This document shows positions 16,981 to 26,947 of a stretch of 32,000 nt of DNA, piece after piece. A model generated the notes under the pieces. The model did not search any database and was not told the origin of the DNA. It saw only the letters and a program-made list of their open reading frames with translations. The first letter of the stretch is position 1; every line of letters starts with the position of its first letter. This stretch comes from Methylophaga frappieri (GTDB lineage: Bacteria; Pseudomonadota; Gammaproteobacteria; Nitrosococcales; Methylophagaceae): NCBI RefSeq assembly GCF_000260965.1, contig NC_017856.1, forward strand, positions 2,010,001 through 2,042,000. The letters run 5' to 3'. Both the position numbers and the translations under genes were made by a program.

Positions 16981-17697
16981 ATGGATCCGATTTTAGTTAC
17001 GGGCGCGAGTCGGCGTGTAGGATTACATATTGCCCAGCGTCTCCATGCTGATGGTTACAAGGTGTTAGCGCATTACCGCACAGAAACGGATGGGGTGCAA
17101 TCATTACGCGATGCGGGTGTTGATTTGATTCAGGCGGATTTTGATAGTCAATCGGCGATTTTGAGTTTTGTTCAGCTGCTTAAAACCCGGTATCCAAACT
17201 ATCGTGGCATCATTCACAATGCGTCCACTTTCACGCCAACAGAGTCAGATCTGACCGCTGCGGCAAGTCAATATGCAGCTTTTTTTCATGTTCATATGCT
17301 GGCGCCCTTTCTCATCAATCAGGCGCTTGCCGAGCAATTACGCGGCGAACAGGATAGCCCGGCGGATATTGTGCATATCACTGATATTAATGCCGAAAAC
17401 CCAACCCCGCGGTTTGATAGTTACGGCACGACCAAAGCGGGTTTGCATAACATGATGCTGGCAATGGCAAAAAAATTAGCGCCCAAAATCAAAGTCAATG
17501 CCGTTGCGCCCGGCCCCGTCTTGTTTAATGTGTCTCATACGCCAGCAGCCAGACAGGAAATGTTATCCGAGACCCCGCTTGCCTGCGAAGGTGGCGCCGA
17601 ACCTGTTTATCTGGCGGTGCGCAGTTTATTGCAAAACCCGTTTTTGACTGGTGTCAGTATCCCGGTCGATGGTGGTCGGCGTTTGTCCAAAAAATAA
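16981..17697 (+). CDS. folM: dihydromonapterin/pteridine reductase, SDR family (FolM-like)
   Basis: The 238-aa ORF is collinear with E. coli FolM: ILVTGASRRVGL (ITGGGRRIGL), YRT, IQADF, IHNAS, KLAPKIKVNAVAPGP, PVDGGRRL. It lies next to folK-like and folB. Confidence 0.8.
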   Translation: MDPILVTGASRRVGLHIAQRLHADGYKVLAHYRTETDGVQSLRDAGVDLIQADFDSQSAILSFVQLLKTRYPNYRGIIHNASTFTPTESDLTAAASQYAAFFHVHMLAPFLINQALAEQLRGEQDSPADIVHITDINAENPTPRFDSYGTTKAGLHNMMLAMAKKLAPKIKVNAVAPGPVLFNVSHTPAARQEMLSETPLACEGGAEPVYLAVRSLLQNPFLTGVSIPVDGGRRLSKK

Positions 17698-18153
17698 GTG
17701 TTGGTCCTGAATGCTCACCCCTGCCGGCATCACGGGTAACGGTTTATTATCCAGAAATGCCTGTAGCTCACTGATAACTGGGTAAAGAAAGTATTCCTCG
17801 GTAATGGCGCTAACCGGTTTTTGAATAATCTCCTGCCGATCAGCCTGACAAAGAATGTCTATATCGGCAGGCCGGTCTTTACGTTTGCTATCGGGATCGG
17901 CGCGATCTCTGCCCATGGTCGCTTCAATTTCATTGCTCAGCGTTTTAAATTCGTCGGCAGATAATGTTGTTTCAATGTAGGCAACGCAATTTAAAAACTG
18001 TCGATAACTATTCATGCCAACCGGTGGTGTCGCCAAAACCCGACTCAATACCAGCGTATTCACATACGGCAATAAAGCATGAACCATGCGTGCCATATTC
18101 TGCTCGGGGTCGAGGTTACATCCCAGACCAATGAGGTATTTGTTATGGTGCAT
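17626..18153 (-). CDS. folK: 6-hydroxymethyl-7,8-dihydropterin pyrophosphokinase-like protein (divergent FolK)
   Basis: 175 aa: LIGLGCNL, TPPVG, FLNCVAYIET, GRDR...RPADIDIL match the HPPK layout. The region aligning to the E. coli PH...R motif reads SAITEEYF, so this may be a divergent paralog. Its start overlaps the folB stop (TAATG at 18151-18155). Its 3' end overlaps folM by 72 nt. Confidence 0.6.
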   Translation of the reverse strand: MHHNKYLIGLGCNLDPEQNMARMVHALLPYVNTLVLSRVLATPPVGMNSYRQFLNCVAYIETTLSADEFKTLSNEIEATMGRDRADPDSKRKDRPADIDILCQADRQEIIQKPVSAITEEYFLYPVISELQAFLDNKPLPVMPAGVSIQDQHLFFGQTPTTIDRDTDTSQKRVLQ

Positions 18154-18503
18154 TAGCGGCTTCGCACAATCTCGATTTTGGCCTGGTTTTGCCCATGAAG
18201 CCGGACTGGCTTGGTCAAGGTAAGCTGTAAACGTGTTATCGGAAAATGATTCAGTAACAACTGTGCCACTTGCTCTGCCAAGGTTTCGATAAGTTGAAAC
18301 TCACTATTTTCAACAAACGCGACAACTTTTTCGGCAACCAGACCATAATCCAGTGTGTGCTGTAGATCATCTTGTTGAGCCGCTGGGCGAATGTCCCAAT
18401 CAAAAATAAAATCAAACCGCAGTGTTTGACGAGTATGCCGTTCCCAATCGTACACGCCGATGATGGTGTCAATTTTTAAATCATTTAAATAAATTTTATC
18501 CAT
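18153..18503 (-). CDS. folB: dihydroneopterin aldolase
   Basis: 116 aa: I.L.DL...IIGVYDWER...Q.L.FD......D...AA..DDL..TLDY..V..KV, typical of FolB. Confidence 0.9.
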   Translation of the reverse strand: MDKIYLNDLKIDTIIGVYDWERHTRQTLRFDFIFDWDIRPAAQQDDLQHTLDYGLVAEKVVAFVENSEFQLIETLAEQVAQLLLNHFPITRLQLTLTKPVRLHGQNQAKIEIVRSR

Positions 18504-18577
18504 GATGATGCGCTACTGGAGCCAGAAGATTGCTTGCGCCTATAATGACGGATTTAGACCTAAAGTTGCATCTTATC

Positions 18578-19174
18578 ATGCCCGAAATTTCCTTCCTGAT
18601 ATTGCTGGTATTCATTGGCGCCTACCTGATTGGTTCTTTGTCGAGTGCGGTGATGCTGTGTCGATTGACGGGGTTGCCTGATCCGCGCACACAAGGTTCG
18701 GGAAACCCTGGCGCAACAAATGTATTACGTATGGGCAGCAAAAAAGCTGGCTGCGGTTGTCTTGCTAATCGATATACTGAAGGGCGTGATTCCGGTCTTA
18801 ATTGCCCGTTGGCTGGGACTGGATATGTTTTATGTCAGCTTAACGGCGTTGGCGGCTTTTCTGGGGCACTTATATCCGGTTTTTTTCAGTTTCGTGGTGG
18901 CAAAGGGGTCGCAACAGCTTTGGGCGCTTTTCTGGCGCTCTCGCCATGGTTAGCTTTAGCGGCCGTTGCAACTTGGTTAGCGGTGTTTATGCTGAGCCGG
19001 ATTTCATCCTTGTCGGCCATTAGCGCAGCGATGATGACCCCGATATACAGTCTTTGGCTGATTGCTGATCCCGCCTCTCGCGGCATTATTTTACTGATGG
19101 CGCTGTTATTGTTGGTACGCCACCATGGCAATATTCGACGTTTATTGCATGGCGAAGAAAAAAAATCAGGCTGA
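18578..19174 (+). pseudogene. plsY: glycerol-3-phosphate acyltransferase PlsY, reading frame disrupted by two compensating frameshifts
   Basis: Frame A (ATG 18578) encodes the conserved PlsY N-terminus (...GSGNPGATNVLRMGSKK) and C-terminus (FRGGKGVATALG...LLLVRHHGNIRRL). The conserved middle (LAAVVLLIDILKGVIPVL...LAAFLGHLYPVFF) is encoded only in the +1 frame (ORF 18720-18953). The frame switches fall at the A6 run (18740-18745) and the T7 run (18880-18886). Whether this is real or a sequencing artefact cannot be decided from one sequence. Confidence 0.8.
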
Positions 19175-20179
19175 TGGTGGTGTTAATTCATCTAGCGGCC
19201 AGCGCGCCCGAACAGTGAAAATCGCCGGCATATCTGGTTTCATTGCCTGTTGGCGCATCGCACCAGCAAAGGCAATCATGGCACCGTTATCACTGCAAAA
19301 GCGCATAGCAGGATAGAAAACCTGCTTGCCAGGTAATGCATTTAACGCTTGTCGTAATGATTGGTTGGCACTAACGCCGCCGGCAACGACCAAGCGGCGA
19401 TAACCAGTCTGTTTTAATGCGCGTCGACATTTGATGACCAAGGTTTCTACGGCAGCTGTTTCAAATGCAAGCGCAATATTGGCTTTACTTTGCACAGATT
19501 GATCGCTGTTATGCCAGGCATTCAGCGCCGCGGTTTTTAAGCCGCTAAAACTAAAATCCAGCCCTGGTCGATTCACCATAGGCCGCGGAAAGTCATAGCT
19601 GCCACTGACGCCTTGCTCTGCCAGCTTGGCCAATGCCGGGCCACCCGGATACCCCAACCCCAGCATTTTGGCGGTTTTATCAAATGCCTCTCCGACGGCG
19701 TCATCGATCGACTCGCCCAGCAAGTGATAGTTGCCTACCGCCCGAACATCAACCAATAAGGTGTGGCCACCGGAGACTAATAATGAAACAAAAGGAAAGT
19801 CAGGTGGCGAATCTTCTAGCAAGGGTGACAACAAATGCCCTTCCATATGGTTAATTGGTAACGCCGGAATCGATAATGCCCATGCCAAACTACGACCAAT
19901 GGCCGCGCCGACCAGCAAGGCGCCAACTAAACCCGGGCCGGCGGTATAGGCAACGGCGTCAATATCATTTTGCGTTAATCCGGCATCATCCAGCACTTGC
20001 TGCATCAATGGTAATGCTTTTCGAATATGGTCCCGTGATGCCAGTTCAGGTACAACACCACCATATTCAGCATGCATCTCAATTTGGCTGAATAATCGGT
20101 GTGACAACAACCCTTTCTCGGTATCGTAAAGGGCAATGCCGGTTTCATCGCAGGAAGATTCGATTCCCAAAACACGCAT
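19166..20179 (-). CDS. tsaD: tRNA N6-adenosine threonylcarbamoyltransferase
   Basis: 337 aa: [53 protein letters not shown]. It is divergent from rpsU, as in E. coli. Confidence 0.95.
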   Translation of the reverse strand: MRVLGIESSCDETGIALYDTEKGLLSHRLFSQIEMHAEYGGVVPELASRDHIRKALPLMQQVLDDAGLTQNDIDAVAYTAGPGLVGALLVGAAIGRSLAWALSIPALPINHMEGHLLSPLLEDSPPDFPFVSLLVSGGHTLLVDVRAVGNYHLLGESIDDAVGEAFDKTAKMLGLGYPGGPALAKLAEQGVSGSYDFPRPMVNRPGLDFSFSGLKTAALNAWHNSDQSVQSKANIALAFETAAVETLVIKCRRALKQTGYRRLVVAGGVSANQSLRQALNALPGKQVFYPAMRFCSDNGAMIAFAGAMRQQAMKPDMPAIFTVRARWPLDELTPPSA

Positions 20180-20248
20180 AAAATGACTTCATAACACGGA
20201 ATAACCGCCACATTATGCCTGAGTTTATAATCAAACGGATTTAACTAT

Positions 20249-20276
20249 TTGCTTTCTGTAGGATATTTCGTACAAT
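20249..20276 (+). promoter_or_regulatory. candidate sigma70 promoter of the rpsU operon
   Basis: TTGCTT (20249-20254), a 16-nt spacer, then TACAAT (20271-20276), ~38 nt upstream of the rpsU ATG. Confidence 0.4.
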
Positions 20277-20313
20277 TAGCAGCTTTTCATCAATAACCGT
20301 TAGGGAAATTTGA

Positions 20314-20529
20314 ATGCCGTCAGTACGTGTAAAAGAGAACGAACCTTTTGATGTCGCGCTGCGCCGCTTTAAGCGCGCATGTGAAAAAGCGGGCACAGTG
20401 GCTGAAGCGCGTGCGCGTGAAGCTTACGAAAAACCAACTACCGTGCGCAAACGTGCGGCAGCCGCAGCAGTTAAGCGTCATCAGAAAAAACTGGCTCGTG
20501 AAAATGCCAGCCGAGTTCGTCTCTACTAA
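20314..20529 (+). CDS. rpsU: 30S ribosomal protein S21
   Basis: 71 aa: [26 protein letters not shown]...E.R.RE.YEKPT..RKR. Confidence 0.97.
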   Translation: MPSVRVKENEPFDVALRRFKRACEKAGTVAEARAREAYEKPTTVRKRAAAAAVKRHQKKLARENASRVRLY

Positions 20530-20546
20530 GAAAGTCGCTATCAATC

Positions 20547-21008
20547 ATGCCTGCTGAAGCCAGTCCGCTTAAAGTCCGAATTCAGGACAATGTTAAAGAT
20601 GCAATGCGCGCGAAAGACAAACATCGTCTTGGTGCATTACGCCAGATAACGGCGGCGATTAAACAGTCTGAAGTGGATAATCGTCAGGATTTGTCTGATG
20701 ACGATATTTTGGTGATCCTCACCAAAATGACCAAACAGCGCAAAGATGCCTTGAGCCAATATGAGCAGGCAGGACGCGAAGATTTGGCAGCAATTGAGCG
20801 CGATGAATTGGCAATTATTGAAGAATTTCTGCCAGCAGCGATGACCGAAGCAGAGCTGGAGGCAGCCATTGCCTCAGCGATTGCAGAAAGTGGTGCCAGC
20901 AGCGTCAAAGACATGGGCGCCGTCATGAATGTGTTGCGTCCCAAGATTCAGGGCCGTGCCGATATGGGCGCGGTCAGTAGTCAAGTCAAGGCTGCTTTGA
21001 GCGCTTGA
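20547..21008 (+). CDS. GatB/YqeY domain-containing protein
   Basis: 153 aa: L...I..D.K.AM.AKDK.RL..LR...AAIKQ.EVD.R..L.D.D.L..L.KM.KQR.D...Q.E.AGR.DL...E..E...I..FLP, typical of the YqeY family. It sits between rpsU and dnaG. Confidence 0.85.
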   Translation: MPAEASPLKVRIQDNVKDAMRAKDKHRLGALRQITAAIKQSEVDNRQDLSDDDILVILTKMTKQRKDALSQYEQAGREDLAAIERDELAIIEEFLPAAMTEAELEAAIASAIAESGASSVKDMGAVMNVLRPKIQGRADMGAVSSQVKAALSA

Positions 21009-21077
21009 TTTGCCGCAACCTGAGCCTGTCAGGCTGGGCATGGTTGCGTCATAATTTGCTTCGGTCATAATGCCGAT

Positions 21078-22814
21078 ATGGCCGGAAAAATCCCTCCCCA
21101 ATTTATTGATGCGCTCTTAGCACGCGTTGACATTGTCGATGTCATCGATGCGCGGGTGCCATTGAAAAAAGCCGGCAAAAACCTGCAAGCCTGCTGCCCA
21201 TTCCATAATGAAAAAACACCTTCTTTTACGGTGAGTCCCGAGAAGCAGTTTTATCATTGTTTTGGCTGTGGGGCACACGGTACCGCAATCAGTTTTTTAA
21301 TGGAGTATGACCAGCTAAGCTTTCCTGAAGCCATTCAAGAGCTCGCCGAAAGTGTTGGCATGCAAGTACCTGCGGCACAGCAAAACGCTCTGCGCCCAGT
21401 CCAGCAAAATCTTTATGATTTGCTGGAAAAGGCCAATCAATATTACCTTCATCAGCTACAGCATCACCCGCAACGACAGGTTTTTCTTGATTACCTTGAA
21501 CAGCGCGGCCTGAGCACCGAGATTGTGCATCAATTTGATATCGGTATGGCGCCTGACGGCTGGGATAATCTCTTTCGTACCTTAGCCAGCAACAATGAAA
21601 CCAGCCGATTGCTAGAGCAAGCCGGCATGCTCGTTAAAAATGATAAAGGGCGTTTGTATGATCGGTTTCGCAACCGATTAATGTTTCCGATCCGGGATCG
21701 ACGGGGCCGGGTGATTGGCTTTGGTGGACGGGTAATTGAAGCTGACGCACTGCCCAAATATCTTAACTCGCCAGAAACGCCAATCTTTCGTAAAGGTCAT
21801 GAGCTTTATGGCTTATATCAGGCGCGAAAAGCTAACCGACGTCTGGATCGTATTCTGATCGTTGAAGGCTATATGGATGTCATTGCCTTGGCGCAGTATG
21901 GGGTGACCAATGCCGTGGCGACCCTTGGCACGGCAACGACACCGGATCATTTACGGCAATTGATTCGTAGTGCCCCCGAAGTGGTTTTTTGCTTTGATGG
22001 TGATCAGGCGGGTCTGGATGCAGCCTGGCGTGCAGCAGAAAATGCCTTGCCTGTGCTTGGCGGTAATTTTGAATTGAAGTTTATGTTTCTGCCAGCAGGC
22101 GATGATCCGGATAGCTTGATTCGGCGTGAGGGTAAAGCGCAATTTGAGACGATGCTAAACGATGCTCAGAGTTTTTCAGCGTTTTTTCTGGATCACTTAA
22201 AGCAACGTGTTGGGGGCGATTCGATGGATGCGCGGGCGCGTCTAATTGAATTAGCTAAACCTTATCTTGGGCGAATCACGGCGGGTGTTTATCGCGATAT
22301 GCTGGCGCAACAACTCGCCGAGCAGGCACAAACCAGCCGCCACGTTTTAAACAAACATTTAGGGAAAAGTGCGGAATCGAACCGACCTGCAAAAAAGAAA
22401 ACACCAACGGTATCGCAAAAAACACCGGAACGGCTGGCGATCAGTATTTTATTGCAATACCCGACTTTACACCTTGCCCTGACCGAAACCGAGAGTTTGG
22501 CTAATTTATCCAATAAAGGGGTGGTCGTATTGAGGCAACTGCTTGAAATGCTTCGCAACAATCCCCAATTAACGAATAGCGGCATGCTGCTGGAACGCTG
22601 GCGGGGACATGAACTCTTTCCTCACTTGGAAAAGTTGGCAAAAATGCCGTTGGATTTTGATGAAACAGATAAGTTAAGGCCAGAGCTGGTGGGGTGCATC
22701 CAAAAGCTGCAACAACAAGCCAGATACGAAAGGCAAAAATATCTGACCGAAAAATATAAGTCGCCGGCGGGGTTGACCAGTAGCGAAAAAGAAGAGCTGA
22801 GATCACTCATGTGA
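21078..22814 (+). CDS. dnaG: DNA primase
   Basis: 578 aa with a zinc-ribbon N-terminus (ACCPFHNEKTPSFTVSPEKQFYHCFGCGAHG). A TOPRIM region (LIVEGYMDVIAL...FDGDQAG) and a C-terminal helicase-interaction region follow. Confidence 0.97.
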   Translation: MAGKIPPQFIDALLARVDIVDVIDARVPLKKAGKNLQACCPFHNEKTPSFTVSPEKQFYHCFGCGAHGTAISFLMEYDQLSFPEAIQELAESVGMQVPAAQQNALRPVQQNLYDLLEKANQYYLHQLQHHPQRQVFLDYLEQRGLSTEIVHQFDIGMAPDGWDNLFRTLASNNETSRLLEQAGMLVKNDKGRLYDRFRNRLMFPIRDRRGRVIGFGGRVIEADALPKYLNSPETPIFRKGHELYGLYQARKANRRLDRILIVEGYMDVIALAQYGVTNAVATLGTATTPDHLRQLIRSAPEVVFCFDGDQAGLDAAWRAAENALPVLGGNFELKFMFLPAGDDPDSLIRREGKAQFETMLNDAQSFSAFFLDHLKQRVGGDSMDARARLIELAKPYLGRITAGVYRDMLAQQLAEQAQTSRHVLNKHLGKSAESNRPAKKKTPTVSQKTPERLAISILLQYPTLHLALTETESLANLSNKGVVVLRQLLEMLRNNPQLTNSGMLLERWRGHELFPHLEKLAKMPLDFDETDKLRPELVGCIQKLQQQARYERQKYLTEKYKSPAGLTSSEKEELRSLM

Positions 22815-22906
22815 GTGTTCAGTCATCAAACTTGATGCAAATCAAGTGTCTATTCGATATAATATAGTGTTACCGTCAGTGTCGCATCCGTTGTCAAAGG
22901 GGCCGA

Positions 22907-24745
22907 ATGAAAGATCAACAATCACGCGTTAAAGAGCTTATTACTTTAGGGAAAGAGCGCGGTTATCTTACTTATGGTGAGATTAACGATCACCTTCCTG
23001 AAGATTTGGTGGATGCGGATCAGGTCGAAGATATTGTCAGCATGTTCAGTGATCTTGGCATCATGGTGCATGAAGATGGTATGGATACCGACGAAATGGA
23101 GCGACTCGCAGAGGCGGTCGCCAGTAATGATGAAGTTTCTGATGACGAAGCCGCCGCAGTTCTAGCGAGTTCTGATGGCGAGTTTGGCCGAACCACCGAT
23201 CCGGTGCGGATGTATATGCGGGAAATGGGCAGTGTTGAACTACTGACCCGTGAAGGCGAAATTGTTATTGCCAAGCGTATTGAAGCTGGCCTGCGTGAAA
23301 GTCTGGTTATGCTGTCTACCTATCCGCCATGCATTGCAGCGTTTCTGACCTTGTTTGATGCGGTTGAAGCCGGCGAGTTGCGACTCAACGACCTGATTCG
23401 TGGTTTTGTGCAACCGGAAGAAGAGCTTGCCAGCCAAGATGATGACGAAGACGAAGCAGACAGCAACGATAACGACGACAGTGATGGCGACGATGATGAC
23501 GATGATGATGTCAGCAACGTCAGCGATGACGATGATGATTCTGGCGTTATCGATCCCGATGAAGCGCGTGAACGTTTTACCGCGCTGAAAGAAGCTTATC
23601 TGGATGTACTCAGTGCTGAAGATGACGAACTGATCGCCGCTCGTGAACAGGCCAGTAACCTGTTTATGGAGTTTCGCCTGACGCCAAAAACGTTGGTCAC
23701 GCTAAACAGTTTGATGACTGACACTATCGACGCTATCCGTAAACAAGAAAAAATCATTATGGATATCGTTGTTGAAGATGCGCGCATGAATCGTCGTGAC
23801 TTTATCGACTCATTCCAAGGTAACGAAAGTAATCTGGAGTGGGCAGATAAATTTATTCGCGCCAAAAAACATTATTCATCGACGATAAAAAAACACCACG
23901 ACGACATTCTCGATGCACAAAAGCAACTTGCTGACATCGCCGGTGAGCGTGGTCTGAGCATTTCCGAAATCAAGGAAATCGCTCGACAAATGTCGATTGC
24001 TGAGGCTAAAGCGCGGCGTGCCAAAAAAGAAATGGTCGAAGCTAACCTGCGTTTGGTAATTTCGATTGCCAAAAAATACACCAATCGTGGCCTGCAATTT
24101 TTGGACTTGATTCAGGAAGGCAATATCGGCCTGATGAAAGCCGTCGACAAATTTGAATACCAACGCGGTTACAAATTCTCGACCTATGCAACATGGTGGA
24201 TTCGTCAGGCGATTACTCGTTCGATTGCCGATCAGGCCCGAACGATCCGGATTCCGGTGCACATGATCGAAACGATCAATAAACTGAATCGTGTGGCACG
24301 TCAGATGCTACAGGAAATGGGCCGCGAGCCAACGCCTGATGAGCTTGCTGAACGTGTAGAAATGCCGGAAGACAAAGTCCGCAAAGTATTGAAGATTTCC
24401 AAAGAACCTATTTCGATGGAAACGCCAATCGGCGACGATGAAGACTCTCATCTGGGCGATTTTGTGGAAGACGTCAATGTGATGTCGCCCGCCGACTCAG
24501 CCATTATCGAAGGCCTGCGTGAAGCAACCCAAGGCGTGTTGAATGGCTTGACCGAGCGCGAAGCCAAAGTGCTGCGTATGCGATTTGGCATTGATATGAA
24601 TACCGACCACACGCTGGAAGAAGTCGGCAAACAATTCGACGTTACCCGCGAGCGGATTCGTCAGATCGAAGCCAAGGCGCTGCGTAAACTGCGTCATCCG
24701 TCCCGTTCGGATCAACTGAGAAGCTTCCTCGACTCAGATAGTTAA
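22907..24745 (+). CDS. rpoD: RNA polymerase sigma factor RpoD (sigma70)
   Basis: 612 aa: region 1.2 [11 protein letters not shown], an acidic non-conserved region, region 2 ([56 protein letters not shown]), and region 4 ([27 protein letters not shown]). Confidence 0.98.
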   Translation: MKDQQSRVKELITLGKERGYLTYGEINDHLPEDLVDADQVEDIVSMFSDLGIMVHEDGMDTDEMERLAEAVASNDEVSDDEAAAVLASSDGEFGRTTDPVRMYMREMGSVELLTREGEIVIAKRIEAGLRESLVMLSTYPPCIAAFLTLFDAVEAGELRLNDLIRGFVQPEEELASQDDDEDEADSNDNDDSDGDDDDDDDVSNVSDDDDDSGVIDPDEARERFTALKEAYLDVLSAEDDELIAAREQASNLFMEFRLTPKTLVTLNSLMTDTIDAIRKQEKIIMDIVVEDARMNRRDFIDSFQGNESNLEWADKFIRAKKHYSSTIKKHHDDILDAQKQLADIAGERGLSISEIKEIARQMSIAEAKARRAKKEMVEANLRLVISIAKKYTNRGLQFLDLIQEGNIGLMKAVDKFEYQRGYKFSTYATWWIRQAITRSIADQARTIRIPVHMIETINKLNRVARQMLQEMGREPTPDELAERVEMPEDKVRKVLKISKEPISMETPIGDDEDSHLGDFVEDVNVMSPADSAIIEGLREATQGVLNGLTEREAKVLRMRFGIDMNTDHTLEEVGKQFDVTRERIRQIEAKALRKLRHPSRSDQLRSFLDSDS

Positions 24746-24753
24746 TCCCTTTA

Positions 24754-24830
<77 letters not shown>

Positions 24831-24840
24831 TATAAATCAA

Positions 24841-24875
24841 AGCCTTAGCGTTATTTTAGCGCTGAGGCTTTTTTA
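24841..24875 (+). terminator. rho-independent terminator after the tRNA
   Basis: 10-bp stem AGCCTTAGCG / CGCTGAGGCT (one G-U pair) with a 9-nt loop, running directly into TTTTTT. Confidence 0.8.
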
Positions 24876-25041
24876 TATCACCGAGGAATGCTTGTTTAAT
24901 TTCATTTTAGTCTTTATCAATTCTGGCATTGATGAAACAAGCCGATGATAGCGATTAATTGCCAGAGCGTTACAAATCAGCCTGTTTGGTGCAAACTCCG
25001 CTTTTTGAGCCAAGATTGCCAAAATTCACCCTCAGAAATGA

Positions 25042-25842
25042 TCAAACCCTGGCTTTCTGTTCTCTCGGCGCATACTCAAACACATCGGAATAGCAGTTTT
25101 TCTCTTTTAAACCTTTGAGTTCAAGCTGATCGATGGTGCCGTAGACCATTTGTGGAGAGCCGCACAGATAAGCCTGAACATCTTCCAATGCGTCAAAGTC
25201 TTCTTGAATCACTTGATAGATAAAGCCGGAGCGGCCAGTCCAGTCTGCATTGGCGGATTCCAGAATGGGCGTAAAGTGAAGGTTGTCATGTTGGGCAGCC
25301 CAGTCTTGAAACGCATCGAGCAGGTAAAACTCATCGGCCTGCCGGTTTGACCAGTAAATATGCACTTCGGCATCGGGTTTTTGCCGGACAATTTCTTCTG
25401 TGATGGCTTTAATTTTCGCGATGCCTGAGCCTGCAGCCACTAAAAGATGCGGCAAGCCAAGGTCTGTTTGCAGATAGGCGCGGCCCATTGGCAAGGCGAC
25501 TTTGAGATTGGCTTTATTATCATTTAAATCAGACAGGCGGTTTAAAATCTTGCCGGCAAAGTCGCTGCCATTTTGGATAATGAGCTGTAAACGACGTGGT
25601 TGATCAGGGTTAACACTGTTGGCAATGGAATAAGAGAGTGACTGATATTGCCCATCACCATTGACATCAAGTTCGAGCTGCAAATGTTGGCCTGCATCAT
25701 AGGCGAGTGTCGAGCCAGCTGGGGTCTCCAATTCAATTTGATAGGTGTCTTTGCTTAACGGTGAGACAGCTAAAACCTGGCAGGCATGTTCAACGACTGG
25801 GCGCGCTGGGTTTGGTGTGGCAGTAGACATATAAAAATCCAT
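25042..25842 (-). CDS. Fre/LuxG-like NAD(P)H-flavin reductase (ferredoxin-NADP reductase-fold FAD/NAD-binding oxidoreductase)
   Basis: 266 aa: flavin-binding LSYSIAN (RxYS-like), NAD-binding LLVAAGSGIAKI, C-terminal YLCGSPQMV. The start could instead be the ATG at 25830 (MSTATPN...). The gene is divergent from metR. Confidence 0.75.
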   Translation of the reverse strand: MDFYMSTATPNPARPVVEHACQVLAVSPLSKDTYQIELETPAGSTLAYDAGQHLQLELDVNGDGQYQSLSYSIANSVNPDQPRRLQLIIQNGSDFAGKILNRLSDLNDNKANLKVALPMGRAYLQTDLGLPHLLVAAGSGIAKIKAITEEIVRQKPDAEVHIYWSNRQADEFYLLDAFQDWAAQHDNLHFTPILESANADWTGRSGFIYQVIQEDFDALEDVQAYLCGSPQMVYGTIDQLELKGLKEKNCYSDVFEYAPREQKARV

Positions 25843-25919
25843 TCTTAGGGTATTTCAAGGATGAGACCAGTTTAAAGTACTTTTAAAATGAATAAAAATG
25901 GTATATTTTCACAAATCAA

Positions 25920-25932
25920 TTAATTTTATTCA
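25920..25932. promoter_or_regulatory. candidate MetR box in the fre-like/metR divergent region
   Basis: TTAATTTTATTCA (reverse complement TGAATAAAATTAA) matches TGAA-N5-TTCA at 7 of 8 positions. It abuts the metR start region. A weaker related copy, TGAATAAAAATGG, lies at 25888-25900. Confidence 0.3.
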
Positions 25933-25940
25933 TGACTGTT

Positions 25941-26849
25941 ATGATTGAGCGTATTCATCTTAAAGTAGTACATGCAGTTGAGGTACATGGTTCTTTGACA
26001 GCGGCGGCCAAAGAATTATGCGTGACGCAATCGGCTTTAAGTCACACCATGCGAAAACTGGAAGATAATCTCGGTACCGAAGTGTGGCTGCGTGAGGGAC
26101 GCAGTTTAAGATTGACGCAGGCTGGCCGGTATCTGCTGAACATCGCCAATCGGGTTTTGCCGTTGCTGGATTATGCTGAGGATAAGCTCAAGCAGATCGC
26201 TCTAGGCGAGCGGGGAACATTGCGAATTGGCATGGAATGTCACCCGTGCTATCAGTGGCTTTTGAAAGTGGTCGCGCCGTTTTTAGATTCGTGGCCGGAT
26301 GTCGATGTCGATGTAAAACAGAAATTTCAGTTTGGCGGGGTTGGCGCGCTGGAAGATTATGAAATCGATTTATTGGTCACGCCCGATCCCATCTATAAAA
26401 CGGGGCTGAGTTTTACCCCGGTGTTTGATTATGAGCAGGTATTGGTCGTGCCGCGCCAGCATGCATTAGCGCGCTTTGACTATATTGAAGCACAAGCGTT
26501 AGCTGATGAAGTGTTACTGACGTATCCGGTTGCAACAGAACGCTTGGATATCTACACCCATTTTCTGAATCCGGCTGAAGTCCTGCCCAAACAGCACAAA
26601 ACCAGTGAAACCACCGAAATCATTCTGCAAATGGTCGCGTCGGGTCGTGGCGTGGCTGCGCTGCCACGCTGGCTGGCGGAAGAATACTGCACAAAATTAC
26701 CGTTATCGGTCGTGCGTTTAGGCGAAGCCGGTATCGCCAAGCAAATCTATTTAGGTACGCGTGAAAGTGACCAGAATATTGAATACCTCAAGGCATTCAT
26801 TGACCTGGCACGCAGTTATAAATATCCCTTGGATCCAGCTAAAGTATAA
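25941..26849 (+). CDS. metR: LysR-family transcriptional activator MetR
   Basis: Collinear with E. coli MetR: MIE..HLK, SLTAAA..L..TQSALSH, LRIGMECHPCYQWL (IECHSCIQWL), PVFDYEQVLVV (PMFDYEVRLVL), LLTYPV...RLDIYTHFL, LQMVASGRGVAALPRWL. The ATG at 25941 is chosen by alignment; the ATG at 25932 is also possible. Confidence 0.85.
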   Translation: MIERIHLKVVHAVEVHGSLTAAAKELCVTQSALSHTMRKLEDNLGTEVWLREGRSLRLTQAGRYLLNIANRVLPLLDYAEDKLKQIALGERGTLRIGMECHPCYQWLLKVVAPFLDSWPDVDVDVKQKFQFGGVGALEDYEIDLLVTPDPIYKTGLSFTPVFDYEQVLVVPRQHALARFDYIEAQALADEVLLTYPVATERLDIYTHFLNPAEVLPKQHKTSETTEIILQMVASGRGVAALPRWLAEEYCTKLPLSVVRLGEAGIAKQIYLGTRESDQNIEYLKAFIDLARSYKYPLDPAKV

Positions 26850-26947
26850 ATCCCACGATGCGCTGCCATATTGATTTGATATGGCTTATCGTATTTATGC
26901 ATAACTGGGCTTATGTTGTTATTCAATGGTCGGCTTGGTTATATGCA

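Noticed and set aside
18530-18577. The TTG start at 18530 for plsY (a 16-aa N-terminal extension), and the TATAAT at 18541-18546 as a promoter -10 element.
   Set aside because: PlsY homologs begin just before the first TM helix, matching the ATG at 18578. The TATAAT has no acceptable -35 or extended -10 element, so the promoter call is unsupported.
23437-23540. A GAT/GAC-rich pseudo-repetitive stretch in rpoD that looks like a trinucleotide repeat.
   Set aside because: It encodes the acidic Asp/Glu-rich non-conserved region typical of sigma70 (…[24 protein letters not shown]…). It is in frame and is not a regular tandem repeat.
24876-25041. Possible genomic-island junction after the tRNA: I searched for a direct repeat of the tRNA 3' end, an integrase remnant, or att-like sequences.
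   Set aside because: I found no repeat of the tRNA 3' half in the following kilobases, and there is no integrase or recombinase ORF. The composition of the downstream genes is not clearly different.
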